From: Escherichia coli
Lineage (GTDB): Bacteria > Pseudomonadota > Gammaproteobacteria > Enterobacterales > Enterobacteriaceae
Strand: one strand, 5' to 3'
NCBI RefSeq assembly: GCF_048403405.1
Contig: NZ_CP183129.1
Length of the DNA stretch: 64,000 bases
The notes below the pieces were generated by a model. It was given only the letters and a program-made list of their open reading frames with translations. It was not told the DNA's origin and searched no databases. This document shows, piece by piece, positions 1 to 10,585 of this stretch. Within the stretch, counting starts at the first letter, position 1, and the number at the start of each line of letters is the position of its first letter. The position numbers and the translations under genes are program-made.

Positions 1-372
1 GATGTTCCGGGCATTGATAACATAAAATACCCTCTGAAACTGGGCAACGGGCCGGGGCTGATGCTGTTTGACAAGCGCTACTTCCCCAACCAGAAACTGG
101 TAGCAGCGTTAAAAAGCTGTGCCACGCAGAATGATTTACCGCTGCAATTTTCCACTATGAAAACCGGTGCGACGGATGGCGGGCGCTACAACGTGATGGG
201 CGGCGGGCGTCCGGTTGTCGCGCTGTGCTTGCCAACTCGTTATCTGCACGCCAACAGCGGCATGATTTCAACAACCGATTACGATGCTCTGCTCACGTTG
301 ATACGGGATTTTCTGACCACCTTAACCGCAGAGAAAGTCAACGCGTTTAGCCAGTTCCGTCAGGTGGATTAA
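1..372 (+). CDS. frvX: C-terminal part of FrvX-like M42-family peptidase (5' end lies outside the window)
   Basis: Frame 1 is open from base 1 to TAA at 370-372. The stop overlaps the next ATG by 1 nt. Identity comes from recalled K-12 synteny (frvX-frvR-yiiG-fdhD), not from a search. Confidence 0.8.
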   Translation, partial: DVPGIDNIKYPLKLGNGPGLMLFDKRYFPNQKLVAALKSCATQNDLPLQFSTMKTGATDGGRYNVMGGGRPVVALCLPTRYLHANSGMISTTDYDALLTLIRDFLTTLTAEKVNAFSQFRQVD

Positions 373-2120
373 TGCTAAACGAACGCCAGTTAAAGATTGT
401 CGATCTGCTGGAGCAACAGCCGCGCACGCCTGGCGAGCTGGCGCATCAGACTGGCGTTTCTGGCAGGACCATCCTGCGTGATATTGACTATCTCAACTTC
501 ACCCTTAACGGCAAAGCCCGCATTTTCGCCAGTGGCAGTGCGGGCTATCAGCTGGAAATCTTCGAGCGCCGCAGCTTTTTTCAGTTGCTGCAAAAGCACG
601 ATAACGACGATCGGCTGCTGGCGCTGTTATTACTGAATACCTTTACTCCCCGTGCGCAACTCGCCTCGGCGCTTAATTTGCCAGAAACGTGGGTAGCAGA
701 GCGCCTGCCCCGCCTGAAACAGCGTTATGAACGTACTTGCTGCCTGGCCAGTCGCCCCGGTTTGGGCCATTTCATTGATGAGACAGAAGAGAAACGCGTT
801 ATATTGCTGGCGAACTTGCTGCGCAAAGATCCGTTTTTAATTCCGCTGGCGGGCGTAACACGAGACAACCTTCAGCATTTATCCACGGCCTGCGACAACC
901 AACACCGCTGGCCGCTCATGCAGGGTGATTATCTCTCCAGCCTGATTCTGGCGATTTACGCCCTGCGTAATCAACTGACCGATGAGTGGCCGCAATATCC
1001 CGGTGACGAGATAAAACAAATCGTTGAATATAGCGGCCTGTTTCTTGGTGATAACGCTGTAAGAACGTTGACGGGGTTGATAGAAAAACAGCATCAACAG
1101 GCGCAGGTTATTTGTGTCGATAATGTGCTGGCATTGCTGCAAAGGGTGCCGGGCATTGCGTCATTGAATATTATTGATACGCAACTGGTTGAGAATATTA
1201 CCGGGCATTTATTACGTTGCCTTGCCGCGCCGGTGTGGATTGGTGAGCACCGCCAAAGCAGCATGAATAACCTGAAAGCCGCCTGGCCTGCGGCCTTTGA
1301 TATGAGTCTGCACTTTATTACGCTACTGCGTGAACAACTCGATATTCCCCTTTTCGACAGCGATCTGATCGGTTTGTATTTTGCCTGTGCGCTGGAACGG
1401 CATCAAAACGAACGCCAGCCGATCATTTTGCTCTCGGACCAGAACGCGATTGCCACTATTAATCAGCTCGCTATTGAGCGCGACGTCCTGAATTGTCGGG
1501 TGATTATTGCCCGCAGCGTAAGCGAACTGGTTGCCATTCGCGAAGAGATTGAGCCGTTATTGATCATTAATAACAGCCATCATTTACTGGATGATGCAGT
1601 CAATAATTGCATCATCGTAAAAAATATCATTACGGCTGCCGGTATCGAACAAATAAAACATTTTCTGGCGACGGCATTTATTCGCCAGCAACCGGAGCGT
1701 TTTTTCTCTGCCCCCGGAAGTTTTCATTATTCGAATGTACGCGGTGAAAGCTGGCAACATATTACCCGGCAAATTTGTGCGCAATTAGTGGCACAACACC
1801 ATATTACCGCCGATGAAGCGCAACGGATCATCGCCCGCGAAGGCGAAGGTGAAAACCTGATTGTTAATCGCCTCGCCATCCCACATTGCTGGAGCGAACA
1901 GGAGCGACGTTTTCGTGGATTTTTTATTACCCTCGCCCAACCAGTTGAGGTGAATAACGAAGTCATTAACCATGTCTTGATCGCCTGTGCCGCCGCCGAT
2001 GCGCGTCATGAGCTAAAAATATTTAGCTATCTGGCAAGCGTATTGTGTCAGCATCCGGCAGAGGTTATTGCCGGGTTAACAGGATATGAGGCATTTATGG
2101 AGTTACTTCACAAGGGGTGA
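372..2120 (+). CDS. frvR: Putative frv operon regulator (N-terminal HTH, C-terminal PTS-regulatory/EIIA-like region)
   Basis: 582-aa ORF. The N-terminus LNERQLKIVDLLEQQPRTPGELAHQTGVSGRTILRDIDYL looks like a DeoR-type HTH. Size and position match recalled K-12 FrvR. Confidence 0.85.
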   Translation: MLNERQLKIVDLLEQQPRTPGELAHQTGVSGRTILRDIDYLNFTLNGKARIFASGSAGYQLEIFERRSFFQLLQKHDNDDRLLALLLLNTFTPRAQLASALNLPETWVAERLPRLKQRYERTCCLASRPGLGHFIDETEEKRVILLANLLRKDPFLIPLAGVTRDNLQHLSTACDNQHRWPLMQGDYLSSLILAIYALRNQLTDEWPQYPGDEIKQIVEYSGLFLGDNAVRTLTGLIEKQHQQAQVICVDNVLALLQRVPGIASLNIIDTQLVENITGHLLRCLAAPVWIGEHRQSSMNNLKAAWPAAFDMSLHFITLLREQLDIPLFDSDLIGLYFACALERHQNERQPIILLSDQNAIATINQLAIERDVLNCRVIIARSVSELVAIREEIEPLLIINNSHHLLDDAVNNCIIVKNIITAAGIEQIKHFLATAFIRQQPERFFSAPGSFHYSNVRGESWQHITRQICAQLVAQHHITADEAQRIIAREGEGENLIVNRLAIPHCWSEQERRFRGFFITLAQPVEVNNEVINHVLIACAAADARHELKIFSYLASVLCQHPAEVIAGLTGYEAFMELLHKG

Positions 2121-2123
2121 ACT

Positions 2124-2148
2124 GTGTCGGATGCGCCGCATCCGACAC
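2124..2148. terminator. Bidirectional hairpin between the convergent frvR and yiiG ends
   Basis: Near-perfect 25-nt palindrome GTGTCGGATGCG-C-CGCATCCGACAC located between the two stop codons. Confidence 0.6.
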
Positions 2149-2176
2149 TGCATTTATCACCAAAATCAAAAATGTT

Positions 2177-2857
2177 TAACGCAGGCTGTTATAGTCATCG
2201 ACCATTTCGTTGTACTCGCATAATGCTCTCGGGAAATGAGTCGTCGACCATCCAGCTTGTGTTTGCATCCTGAAGTTGCTCTTTATCCCAGTCAGAGTAC
2301 GGAACTTTATCTCTGACGCGGCGAACATATTTTTTAGCCTCGAGTTGATACTGGTCTGCCGAATTAATGAACGAGAAATTCATACCGCCTTTATCCGCTT
2401 CTTTGGCCTGCGTCACCAGCGTTTTCAGTTCAGAGACTTTCTTCATTGCCGCATCAACATCAAACTTCTCTTGCGAAATCAGGTTATTAATTTGTTTCGC
2501 TGAAATCATGACTGCCAGAGAGTAGTAGTGGAATGTTTTCCCTTCTCTTTGTTCAATATTTTTCAGTTCCGCAAGCTGGCGCTTATCGTTAATTTCCTGA
2601 ATCGCCGCATGATAAGATTCTGCTACAGGTTCAAAGGCTTCAAGATTTTTTAAGAATGTCTGGTGCAGCGTTTTCCCTTTCGCAAACGCATCGTCTTTAT
2701 AATTTTCCTGGGTGTAATATTTATCCATTTCGTTAATGGTATTACCCAACGCCACGGCAGCATAAATATAACTTACCGCCACGCCATCAATAGGTTGCAG
2801 CGCAGGCGTTAACGCCACTACACGCATTTTGTTTATAAATAAAATAATAAAATTCAC
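2177..2857 (-). pseudogene. yiiG: yiiG-like (DUF3829 lipoprotein family) remnant, apparently 5'-truncated and frameshifted near the 3' end
   Basis: The ORF track gives only 220 aa (2195-2857), with no signal peptide or lipobox. I recall K-12 YiiG as about 351 aa. The ORF begins inside the AT-rich tail of the fdhD terminator. A second frame continues FPRALCEYNEMVDDYNSLR* to a stop at 2177-2179. Confidence 0.55.
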
Positions 2858-2867
2858 GAAATGAATA

Positions 2868-2899
2868 AGTCCTGCAATTTAATATATATCGCAGGACTT
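2868..2899 (-). terminator. fdhD rho-independent terminator hairpin
   Basis: AAGTCCTGC (2868-2876) pairs with GCAGGACTT (2891-2899), directly after the fdhD stop at 2907-2909. AT/T-rich sequence follows on the minus strand. Confidence 0.7.
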
Positions 2900-2906
2900 A
2901 TTTTAA

Positions 2907-3740
2907 TTAATTGCTCAAACGCTGCGGATGGGTATAAACCGTTGCCCGACCCGGTTTACAAAAGCCCACCAGCGTCAAATTACAGCGTTCAGCCACTTCT
3001 ACAGCAAGCGTGGTCGCGGCAGACACCGCAAACAAAATCTCTACGCCGCACATCGCCGACTTTTGCACCATTTCATAACTGGCACGACTGGAAACCAGCA
3101 CCGCACCTTGCTGCCAGCTTTCCCCTTCTTGCGCCCGGCGGCCCAGCAGTTTATCCAGCGCCACATGGCGACCCACGTCTTCATGCCCGCCGACCAGTTC
3201 GCCAGATGGCAACATCCAGGCGGCGGCGTGAGTACAACCGGTCAGTTGCCCCACTGGCTGAAAATCATTGAGATGACGTAATGCATCATCCAGTTTGTTG
3301 AGATCAAACGTCTGGGTGAACGGTAGCGGCTGCACCGGTTTTCCGATGTCATTAAGTTGCTCCACGCCGCATACGCCACAGCCCGTACGTCCCGCCAGCG
3401 CCCGGCGGCGCTCCTTCAACCCCATAAAGCGGCGGCTGGAAAGCTCAATTTGTACTTCAAGACCATTACAGGAAGGAACGACATCCATGCCGAAGATATC
3501 GCGCGGACTTTCGATAATCCCCTCGGAAAGCGAAAAACCGAGCGCAAAGTACTCAAGGTCTTTGGGCGACGCCATCATCACCACATGCGAAATGCCGTTG
3601 TAGACCAGCGCAACGGGAACTTCTTCCGCGACCTCATCTAACCGTGGGTGTTGTAAATCATCACGCCGCCATAACTCAATTTGACGAACACCTGTGACAT
3701 TTGTCACATTTTCGATTTCTTTTTGCTGTGTTTTTTTCAC
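2907..3740 (-). CDS. fdhD: Formate dehydrogenase sulfurtransferase/accessory protein FdhD
   Basis: 277-aa ORF, divergent from fdoG. Length and position match recalled K-12 FdhD. Confidence 0.93.
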   Translation of the reverse strand: MKKTQQKEIENVTNVTGVRQIELWRRDDLQHPRLDEVAEEVPVALVYNGISHVVMMASPKDLEYFALGFSLSEGIIESPRDIFGMDVVPSCNGLEVQIELSSRRFMGLKERRRALAGRTGCGVCGVEQLNDIGKPVQPLPFTQTFDLNKLDDALRHLNDFQPVGQLTGCTHAAAWMLPSGELVGGHEDVGRHVALDKLLGRRAQEGESWQQGAVLVSSRASYEMVQKSAMCGVEILFAVSAATTLAVEVAERCNLTLVGFCKPGRATVYTHPQRLSN

Positions 3741-3933
3741 TTTCTCTTAACCAGATAAGAACACACACACCAACATTATGGTATTCTGTTACAAACCCTT
3801 CCTGGATGGAGGGAAATTGAGCCAATTCTGGACCTTTGCGGCCCCTTCCGCAAAGAAAAATAACTCCCACTCCCTGCACACGCAGCAAGCGAATGTAAAT
3901 GGGACGTGACAATGTCGAAACAAGGAGCAATCC

Positions 3934-6900
3934 ATGCAGGTCAGCAGAAGGCAGTTCTTTAAGATCTGCGCTGGCGGTATGGCAGGCACCACGGCAGCGG
4001 CACTGGGTTTTGCACCCAGCGTAGCACTCGCGGAAACCCGGCAGTATAAACTGCTGCGCACCCGCGAAACCCGTAATACCTGCACCTATTGTTCCGTAGG
4101 CTGTGGGCTGTTGATGTACAGCCTCGGTGACGGAGCAAAAAACGCCAAAGCATCTATCTTCCATATCGAAGGCGATCCGGATCACCCGGTCAACCGCGGT
4201 GCACTTTGTCCGAAAGGCGCTGGCCTGGTGGATTTCATCCACTCCGAAAGCCGTCTGAAGTTTCCGGAATACCGTGCGCCAGGTTCTGATAAATGGCAGC
4301 AAATCAGTTGGGAAGAGGCGTTTGATCGCATCGCCAAACTGATGAAAGAAGACCGCGATGCTAACTACATTGCGCAAAACGCCGAAGGCGTGACCGTTAA
4401 CCGCTGGCTCTCCACCGGGATGCTGTGTGCTTCCGCGTCGAGTAACGAAACCGGCTATTTAACGCAAAAATTCTCCCGCGCGCTGGGTATGCTCGCGGTC
4501 GACAACCAGGCGCGTGTCTGACACGGACCAACGGTAGCAAGTCTTGCTCCAACATTTGGTCGCGGTGCGATGACCAACCACTGGGTCGACATCAAGAACG
4601 CCAACCTCGTCGTGGTGATGGGCGGTAACGCCGCTGAAGCTCACCCGGTCGGGTTCCGCTGGGCGATGGAAGCCAAAATTCACAACGGCGCGAAGCTGAT
4701 TGTGATCGATCCTCGCTTTACGCGTACGGCGGCGGTGGCTGACTACTATGCCCCTATTCGTTCCGGTACTGACATTGCTTTCCTGTCAGGCGTATTGCTG
4801 TACCTGCTGAACAATGAAAAATTCAACCGCGAATACACCGAAGCCTATACCAACGCCAGCCTGATCGTGCGTGAGGATTACGGCTTTGAAGATGGCCTGT
4901 TCACCGGCTATGACGCGGAAAAACGCAAGTACGATAAATCCTCCTGGACTTACGAACTGGACGAAAACGGCTTCGCCAAACGCGATACCACGCTGCAACA
5001 TCCGCGCTGCGTGTGGAACTTGCTGAAACAGCACGTTTCCCGCTACACGCCAGATGTGGTTGAAAACATCTGCGGTACGCCAAAAGACGCGTTCCTGAAA
5101 GTCTGCGAATACATCGCCGAAACCAGTGCTCACGATAAAACAGCGTCGTTCCTCTACGCCCTCGGCTGGACGCAACACTCCATTGGTGCGCAAAACATTC
5201 GTACGATGGCGATGATCCAGCTGCTGCTCGGCAATATGGGGATGGCTGGCGGCGGCGTTAACGCCCTGCGCGGTCACTCCAATATTCAGGGGCTGACCGA
5301 CCTGGGGCTGCTGTCGCAGAGCCTGCCAGGTTACATGACGCTGCCAAGCGAGAAGCAGACCGATCTGCAAACCTACCTTGCCGCCAACACGCCGAAACCG
5401 CTGCTGGAAGGCCAGGTTAACTACTGGGGCAATTACCCGAAATTCTTCGTCTCCATGATGAAGGCCTTCTTTGGTGATAAAGCGACGGCAGAAAACAGCT
5501 GGGGCTTTGACTGGTTGCCGAAGTGGGATAAAGGCTACGACGTCCTGCAATACTTCGAGATGATGAAAGAGGGCAAAGTCAATGGCTATATCTGCCAGGG
5601 CTTTAACCCGGTTGCCTCATTCCCGAACAAAAACAAAGTGATCGGCTGTCTGTCGAAACTGAAGTTCCTCGTGACCATCGACCCGCTGAACACTGAAACC
5701 TCTAACTTCTGGCAGAACCACGGTGAACTGAACGAAGTTGACTCGTCGAAGATCCAGACCGAAGTGTTCCGTCTGCCATCGACCTGCTTCGCGGAAGAGA
5801 ACGGTTCAATCGTCAACTCTGGTCGCTGGTTGCAGTGGCACTGGAAAGGTGCGGACGCCCCGGGGATTGCGCTGACTGACGGCGAGATCCTCTCCGGTAT
5901 CTTCCTGCGCTTGCGCAAGATGTATGCCGAACAGGGTGGCGCGAACCCGGACCAGGTGCTGAACATGACCTGGAACTACGCCATTCCGCATGAGCCATCT
6001 TCAGAAGAAGTGGCGATGGAGAGTAACGGTAAGGCGCTGGCCGATATTACCGATCCGGCAACCGGTGCGGTTATCGTCAAGAAAGGCCAACAACTTAGCT
6101 CGTTCGCCCAACTGCGCGATGACGGTACAACCTCCTGTGGCTGCTGGATTTTCGCCGGTAGCTGGACGCCAGAGGGCAACCAGATGGCACGCCGTGATAA
6201 CGCCGATCCGTCTGGCCTCGGTAACACGCTGGGCTGGGCATGGGCATGGCCGCTTAACCGCCGTATTCTGTATAACCGCGCCTCCGCAGATCCGCAGGGT
6301 AACCCGTGGGATCCGAAGCGTCAGTTGCTGAAATGGGACGGCACTAAGTGGACCGGCTGGGATATTCCGGACTACAGCGCAGCACCTCCGGGTAGCGGCG
6401 TCGGGCCGTTTATCATGCAGCAGGAAGGCATGGGGCGTCTGTTTGCCCTCGATAAGATGGCGGAAGGTCCGTTCCCGGAACACTACGAGCCGTTTGAAAC
6501 GCCGCTGGGAACTAACCCGCTGCATCCAAACGTTATCTCGAACCCGGCTGCACGTATCTTTAAAGACGACGCCGAAGCATTGGGTAAAGCCGATAAGTTC
6601 CCGTATGTCGGAACCACCTATCGTCTGACCGAGCACTTCCACTACTGGACCAAACACGCGCTGTTGAACGCGATTTTGCAACCAGAGCAGTTTGTGGAAA
6701 TCGGTGAGTCGCTGGCGAATAAACTTGGCATTGCCCAGGGCGATACAGTGAAAGTCTCCTCCAACCGTGGCTATATCAAAGCCAAAGCGGTGGTGACCAA
6801 ACGTATTCGCACGCTGAAAGCGAACGGCAAAGATATCGATACCATCGGTATTCCGATTCACTGGGGCTATGAAGGTGTTGCGAAAAAAGGCTTTATTGCC

Positions 6901-6984
6901 AACACGTTAACGCCATTCGTCGGTGATGCGAACACGCAGACGCCGGAGTTTAAGTCCTTCCTTGTGAATGTGGAAAAGGTGTAA
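3934..6984 (+). CDS. fdoG: Formate dehydrogenase-O catalytic subunit (selenoprotein; in-frame UGA at 4519-4521 read as Sec196)
   Basis: ORFs 3934-4521 and 4570-6984 are in the same frame, and the only interruption is one TGA. Together they give 1016 codons. The N-terminus has a twin-arginine signal (SRRQFFK...ALA). Molybdopterin oxidoreductase Cys motifs (CTYCSVGC) are present. Confidence 0.93.
4519..4570 (+). promoter_or_regulatory. UGA-Sec codon plus downstream SECIS-like stem-loop region
   Basis: TGA is followed by CACGGACCAACGGTAGCAAGTCTTGCTCCAACATTTGGTCGCGGTG. This can fold (CACGGACCAA / TTGGTCGCGGTG with an inner AGCA/TGCT apex). The position is the one expected for a bacterial SECIS. 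Confidence 0.7.
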
Positions 6985-6996
6985 CGGAGACGACAT

Positions 6997-7899
6997 ATGG
7001 CTTATCAATCTCAAGATATCATTCGTCGTTCCGCGACTAACGGTCTGACCCCCGCGCCTCAGGCGCGGGACTTCCAGGAAGAAGTGGCGAAACTCATCGA
7101 CGTCACCACCTGTATCGGCTGTAAAGCCTGTCAGGTGGCGTGTTCAGAGTGGAACGACATTCGCGATACCGTCGGCAATAACATTGGGGTGTACGACAAC
7201 CCCAATGATTTAAGTGCCAAATCGTGGACGGTGATGCGATTCTCGGAAGTGGAGCAGAACGACAAACTGGAATGGCTGATCCGCAAAGACGGCTGTATGC
7301 ACTGTTCCGATCCAGGCTGTCTGAAAGCGTGCCCGGCGGAAGGTGCAATTATTCAGTATGCCAACGGTATCGTCGACTTCCAGTCCGAGCAGTGCATTGG
7401 CTGCGGTTATTGCATTGCGGGCTGTCCGTTCGACATTCCGCGCCTCAACCCGGAAGACAACCGCGTCTACAAATGTACGCTGTGCGTTGACCGCGTGGTG
7501 GTTGGGCAAGAACCAGCCTGCGTGAAGACCTGCCCAACGGGCGCGATTCACTTCGGTACGAAAGAGTCGATGAAAACGCTGGCGAGCGAGCGCGTGGCGG
7601 AGCTGAAAACCCGCGGTTACGACAATGCGGGCCTGTACGATCCGGCAGGCGTCGGTGGTACACACGTTATGTACGTGCTGCACCATGCTGACAAGCCAAA
7701 TCTGTATCATGGCTTGCCGGAGAACCCGGAAATCAGCGAAACCGTGAAATTCTGGAAAGGCATCTGGAAACCGCTCGCAGCTGTTGGCTTTGCGGCTACC
7801 TTCGCAGCCAGTATCTTCCACTACGTGGGTGTCGGTCCGAACCGTGCGGATGAGGAAGAGAATAATCTGCACGAAGAGAAAGACGAGGAGCGCAAATGA
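6997..7899 (+). CDS. fdoH: Formate dehydrogenase-O iron-sulfur subunit
   Basis: 300-aa ORF with several 4Fe-4S ferredoxin CxxCxxCxxxC motifs ([22 protein letters not shown]) and a C-terminal TM helix. Confidence 0.94.
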
Positions 7900-8531
7900 A
7901 ACGACGTGACACCATCGTGCGCTACACCGCGCCGGAACGTATCAACCACTGGATCACCGCCTTCTGCTTCATCCTGGCGGCGGTGAGCGGGCTTGGCTTT
8001 TTGTTCCCGTCCTTCAACTGGTTGATGCAAATCATGGGCACACCGCAGCTGGCGCGAATTCTGCACCCGTTTGTCGGCGTGGTTATGTTTGCCTCGTTCA
8101 TCATCATGTTTTTCCGTTACTGGCATCACAACCTAATCAATCGGGATGATATCTTTTGGGCGAAGAATATTCGTAAGATCGTCGTCAACGAGGAAGTAGG
8201 TGACACCGGGCGTTATAACTTCGGTCAGAAATGCGTTTTCTGGGCGGCGATTATTTTCCTGGTTCTGCTGCTGGTGAGCGGCGTGATTATCTGGCGTCCT
8301 TATTTTGCGCCTGCTTTCTCAATCCCGGTGATCCGATTCGCGTTAATGCTGCATTCATTTGCCGCAGTGGCGTTAATTGTGGTTATCATGGTGCATATCT
8401 ACGCCGCCCTTTGGGTAAAAGGCACGATTACCGCCATGGTGGAAGGATGGGTTACCAGCGCCTGGGCGAAGAAACATCACCCGCGCTGGTACCGTGAGGT
8501 CCGCAAGACAACGGAAAAGAAAGCTGAATGA
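7896..8531 (+). CDS. fdoI: Formate dehydrogenase-O cytochrome b556 subunit
   Basis: 211-aa hydrophobic ORF whose start overlaps the fdoH stop by 4 nt. Confidence 0.94.
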
Positions 8532-9457
8532 GTATTCGCATAATCCCGCAAGATGAGCTGGGTTCGAGCGAGAAACGTACGGCGGATATGATTCCGCCGT
8601 TATTGTTCCCTCGGCTCAAGAATTTATACAACCGCCGCGCCGAGCGTCTGCGCGAGCTGGCAGAAAATAATCCGCTGGGTGATTACCTGCGCTTTGCTGC
8701 GCTTATCGCCCACGCCCAGGAAGTGGTGCTGTACGACCATCCGCTGGAGATGGATCTGACTGCACGCATTAAAGAAGCCAGCGCACAGGGCAAGCCCCCG
8801 CTGGATATTCACGTTCTGCCGCGTGATAAGCACTGGCAAAAGCTGCTGATGGCGCTGATTGCTGAGCTGAAACCTGAAATGAGCGGCCCGGCGCTGGCAG
8901 TGATTGAGAATCTGGAGAAGGCATCGACCCAGGAGCTGGAAGATATGGCCAGCGCACTGTTTGCCTCTGATTTCTCGTCCGTCAGCAGTGATAAAGCGCC
9001 GTTTATCTGGGCTGCGCTGTCGCTCTACTGGGCGCAGATGGCTAATCTGATCCCCGGCAAAGCCCGCGCTGAATACGGCGAACAACGTCAATATTGCCCG
9101 GTATGTGGCTCTATGCCGGTGTCCAGCATGGTGCAAATTGGCACCACTCAGGGTCTGCGTTACCTGCACTGCAACCTGTGTGAAACCGAATGGCACGTAG
9201 TGCGCGTAAAATGCAGCAACTGCGAGCAGAGCGGCAAACTGCATTACTGGTCGCTGGATGACGAACAGGCCGCGATTAAAGCCGAAAGCTGCGATGACTG
9301 CGGCACTTACCTGAAGATTCTTTATCAGGAAAAAGAACCGAAAGTTGAAGCCGTGGCAGATGACCTCGCCTCTCTGGTACTGGACGCGCGAATGGAGCAA
9401 GAAGGCTACGCCCGCAGTTCCATCAACCCGTTCCTGTTCCCGGGTGAAGGGGAGTAA
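8528..9457 (+). CDS. fdhE: Formate dehydrogenase formation protein FdhE
   Basis: 309-aa ORF with four CxxC pairs ([27 protein letters not shown]). Its start overlaps the fdoI stop by 4 nt. Confidence 0.94.
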   Translation: MSIRIIPQDELGSSEKRTADMIPPLLFPRLKNLYNRRAERLRELAENNPLGDYLRFAALIAHAQEVVLYDHPLEMDLTARIKEASAQGKPPLDIHVLPRDKHWQKLLMALIAELKPEMSGPALAVIENLEKASTQELEDMASALFASDFSSVSSDKAPFIWAALSLYWAQMANLIPGKARAEYGEQRQYCPVCGSMPVSSMVQIGTTQGLRYLHCNLCETEWHVVRVKCSNCEQSGKLHYWSLDDEQAAIKAESCDDCGTYLKILYQEKEPKVEAVADDLASLVLDARMEQEGYARSSINPFLFPGEGE

Positions 9458-9545
9458 TCTCTGACGTTTTCCGGGTGGCGCAGGTCGCCCGGATTACAAT
9501 TGATAGGGTATGACGACACCCGCTATTCCCGCAAAATCTCTCGTA

Positions 9546-9671
9546 TTTTGCGAGGCGTTTTCCAGATATGATGTAACAGTTGCAGTTATTATAAGTTCAA
9601 GTAAAACAGCCTTGTATTAATACCAGAATAAGGGCATCTGTTTTTTTATATTCAAGAATGAAAAATTTTTG
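9546..9671. repeat. Imperfect direct repeat, copy 1 (flanks the RHH gene)
   Basis: The core TTTTGCGAGGCGTTTTCCAGATATGATGTAACAGTTGCAGTT aligns with 9985 onward (about 80% identity in the core, weaker to the end). The offset between copies is 439 bp. Confidence 0.6.
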
Positions 9672-9890
9672 TCATTCCTTATGCTCCTTACACTGATCAT
9701 CAACACCAACTACCTCCCCCTTTTGCCTGCCTCCCTTTGCTTTACGCACCGGGAATTGCTGACGTTCCAGATATTGCTCTACCGCTTCGCGTAAAATTGC
9801 AGATCGTGAAACCTTACGCCAGCCCCGAAGCTTGTTCAGCCGTTTAATTGCCTCTTCTGATAAATGAAGAAAAACCGTATTCATCGCCAT
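9672..9890 (-). CDS. yiiE: Small ribbon-helix-helix (CopG/Arc/MetJ-like) protein, YiiE/YiiF family
   Basis: 72 codons from MAMNTVFLHLSEEAIKRLNKL... This reads as a beta-strand followed by two helices, typical of RHH. An AAGG lies 9 nt upstream of the ATG at 9890. The ORF-track start at 9917 has no SD. The choice between yiiE and yiiF is uncertain. Confidence 0.7.
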   Translation of the reverse strand: MAMNTVFLHLSEEAIKRLNKLRGWRKVSRSAILREAVEQYLERQQFPVRKAKGGRQKGEVVGVDDQCKEHKE

Positions 9891-9984
9891 TACCAATACC
9901 TTACATATATTACTCATTAATGTATGTGCGAAAATTACGCCGGAAAATCATTTAAAAAAAGCGGATTTTTGCATGTTGTTTTGT

Positions 9985-10118
9985 TTTTGCGAGACGTTTT
10001 CCAGAAATAATAAGAGCGTTGCAGTTGTTTCATTTGTTACTCAAAAATGGTTTAGTTATCGCCCAGGATGAGTTATGGGTGCTATGAATATATTATATTC
10101 AGGGATGTTTATTTTTTG
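9985..10118. repeat. Imperfect direct repeat, copy 2
   Basis: TTTTGCGAGACGTTTTCCAGAAATAATAAGAGCGTTGCAGTT... is homologous to 9546-9671. Confidence 0.6.
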
Positions 10119-10340
10119 ATTGGATCTTCATTTGCATAATCTGAATGGTGTACCCGAAAAACGTCAGCATCCTAACAGCACCAGGATTTAAGGTGAAATT
10201 TAACATCCATCACAGACCGTTCAATGCTGCCACCAACCGGTCTTTACTTGCTCGTCGTTATAATTTTGTGGGTAACAGTTCGGGAAACAAGGAATTCCTT
10301 CCGGAACACCCCTGACATCATCCGCTAGCATTGTCGTCAA

Positions 10341-10366
10341 TCATCGGCGCGACGATGAGTTTTTTT
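10341..10366 (+). terminator. Terminator-like hairpin plus T7 run with no obvious gene attached
   Basis: TCATCG-GCGCGA-CGATGA followed by G and seven T. It lies in GC-normal sequence between the RHH gene and the islet ORF. Confidence 0.35.
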
Positions 10367-10585
10367 AATCGCATCATAGGGTGGCAACGGTCAGCACGAT
10401 ACGGGTCATAGCAAAACTCCTGCACAGGCGGCCACTATGCCGCTTTCACAGGAGTTCTGAATGCTAGTGCTTTCTGTATGGCTTCGCTATGCCCCTCGCG
10501 GCTAAGCGCCTGCACACATCTCTCTTTGAATGTCATTTTTGCAATGCATTGTCCGAATTCTGATAATCCTAATGAGTTTTACCCG

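Noticed and set aside
2861-3281. 136- and 117-aa plus-strand ORFs opposite fdhD
   Set aside because: These are shadow ORFs of fdhD.
4786-6861. Antisense ORFs inside fdoG (4786-5550, 5586-5966, 6001-6861 and others)
   Set aside because: These are shadow frames of a long, well-supported gene.
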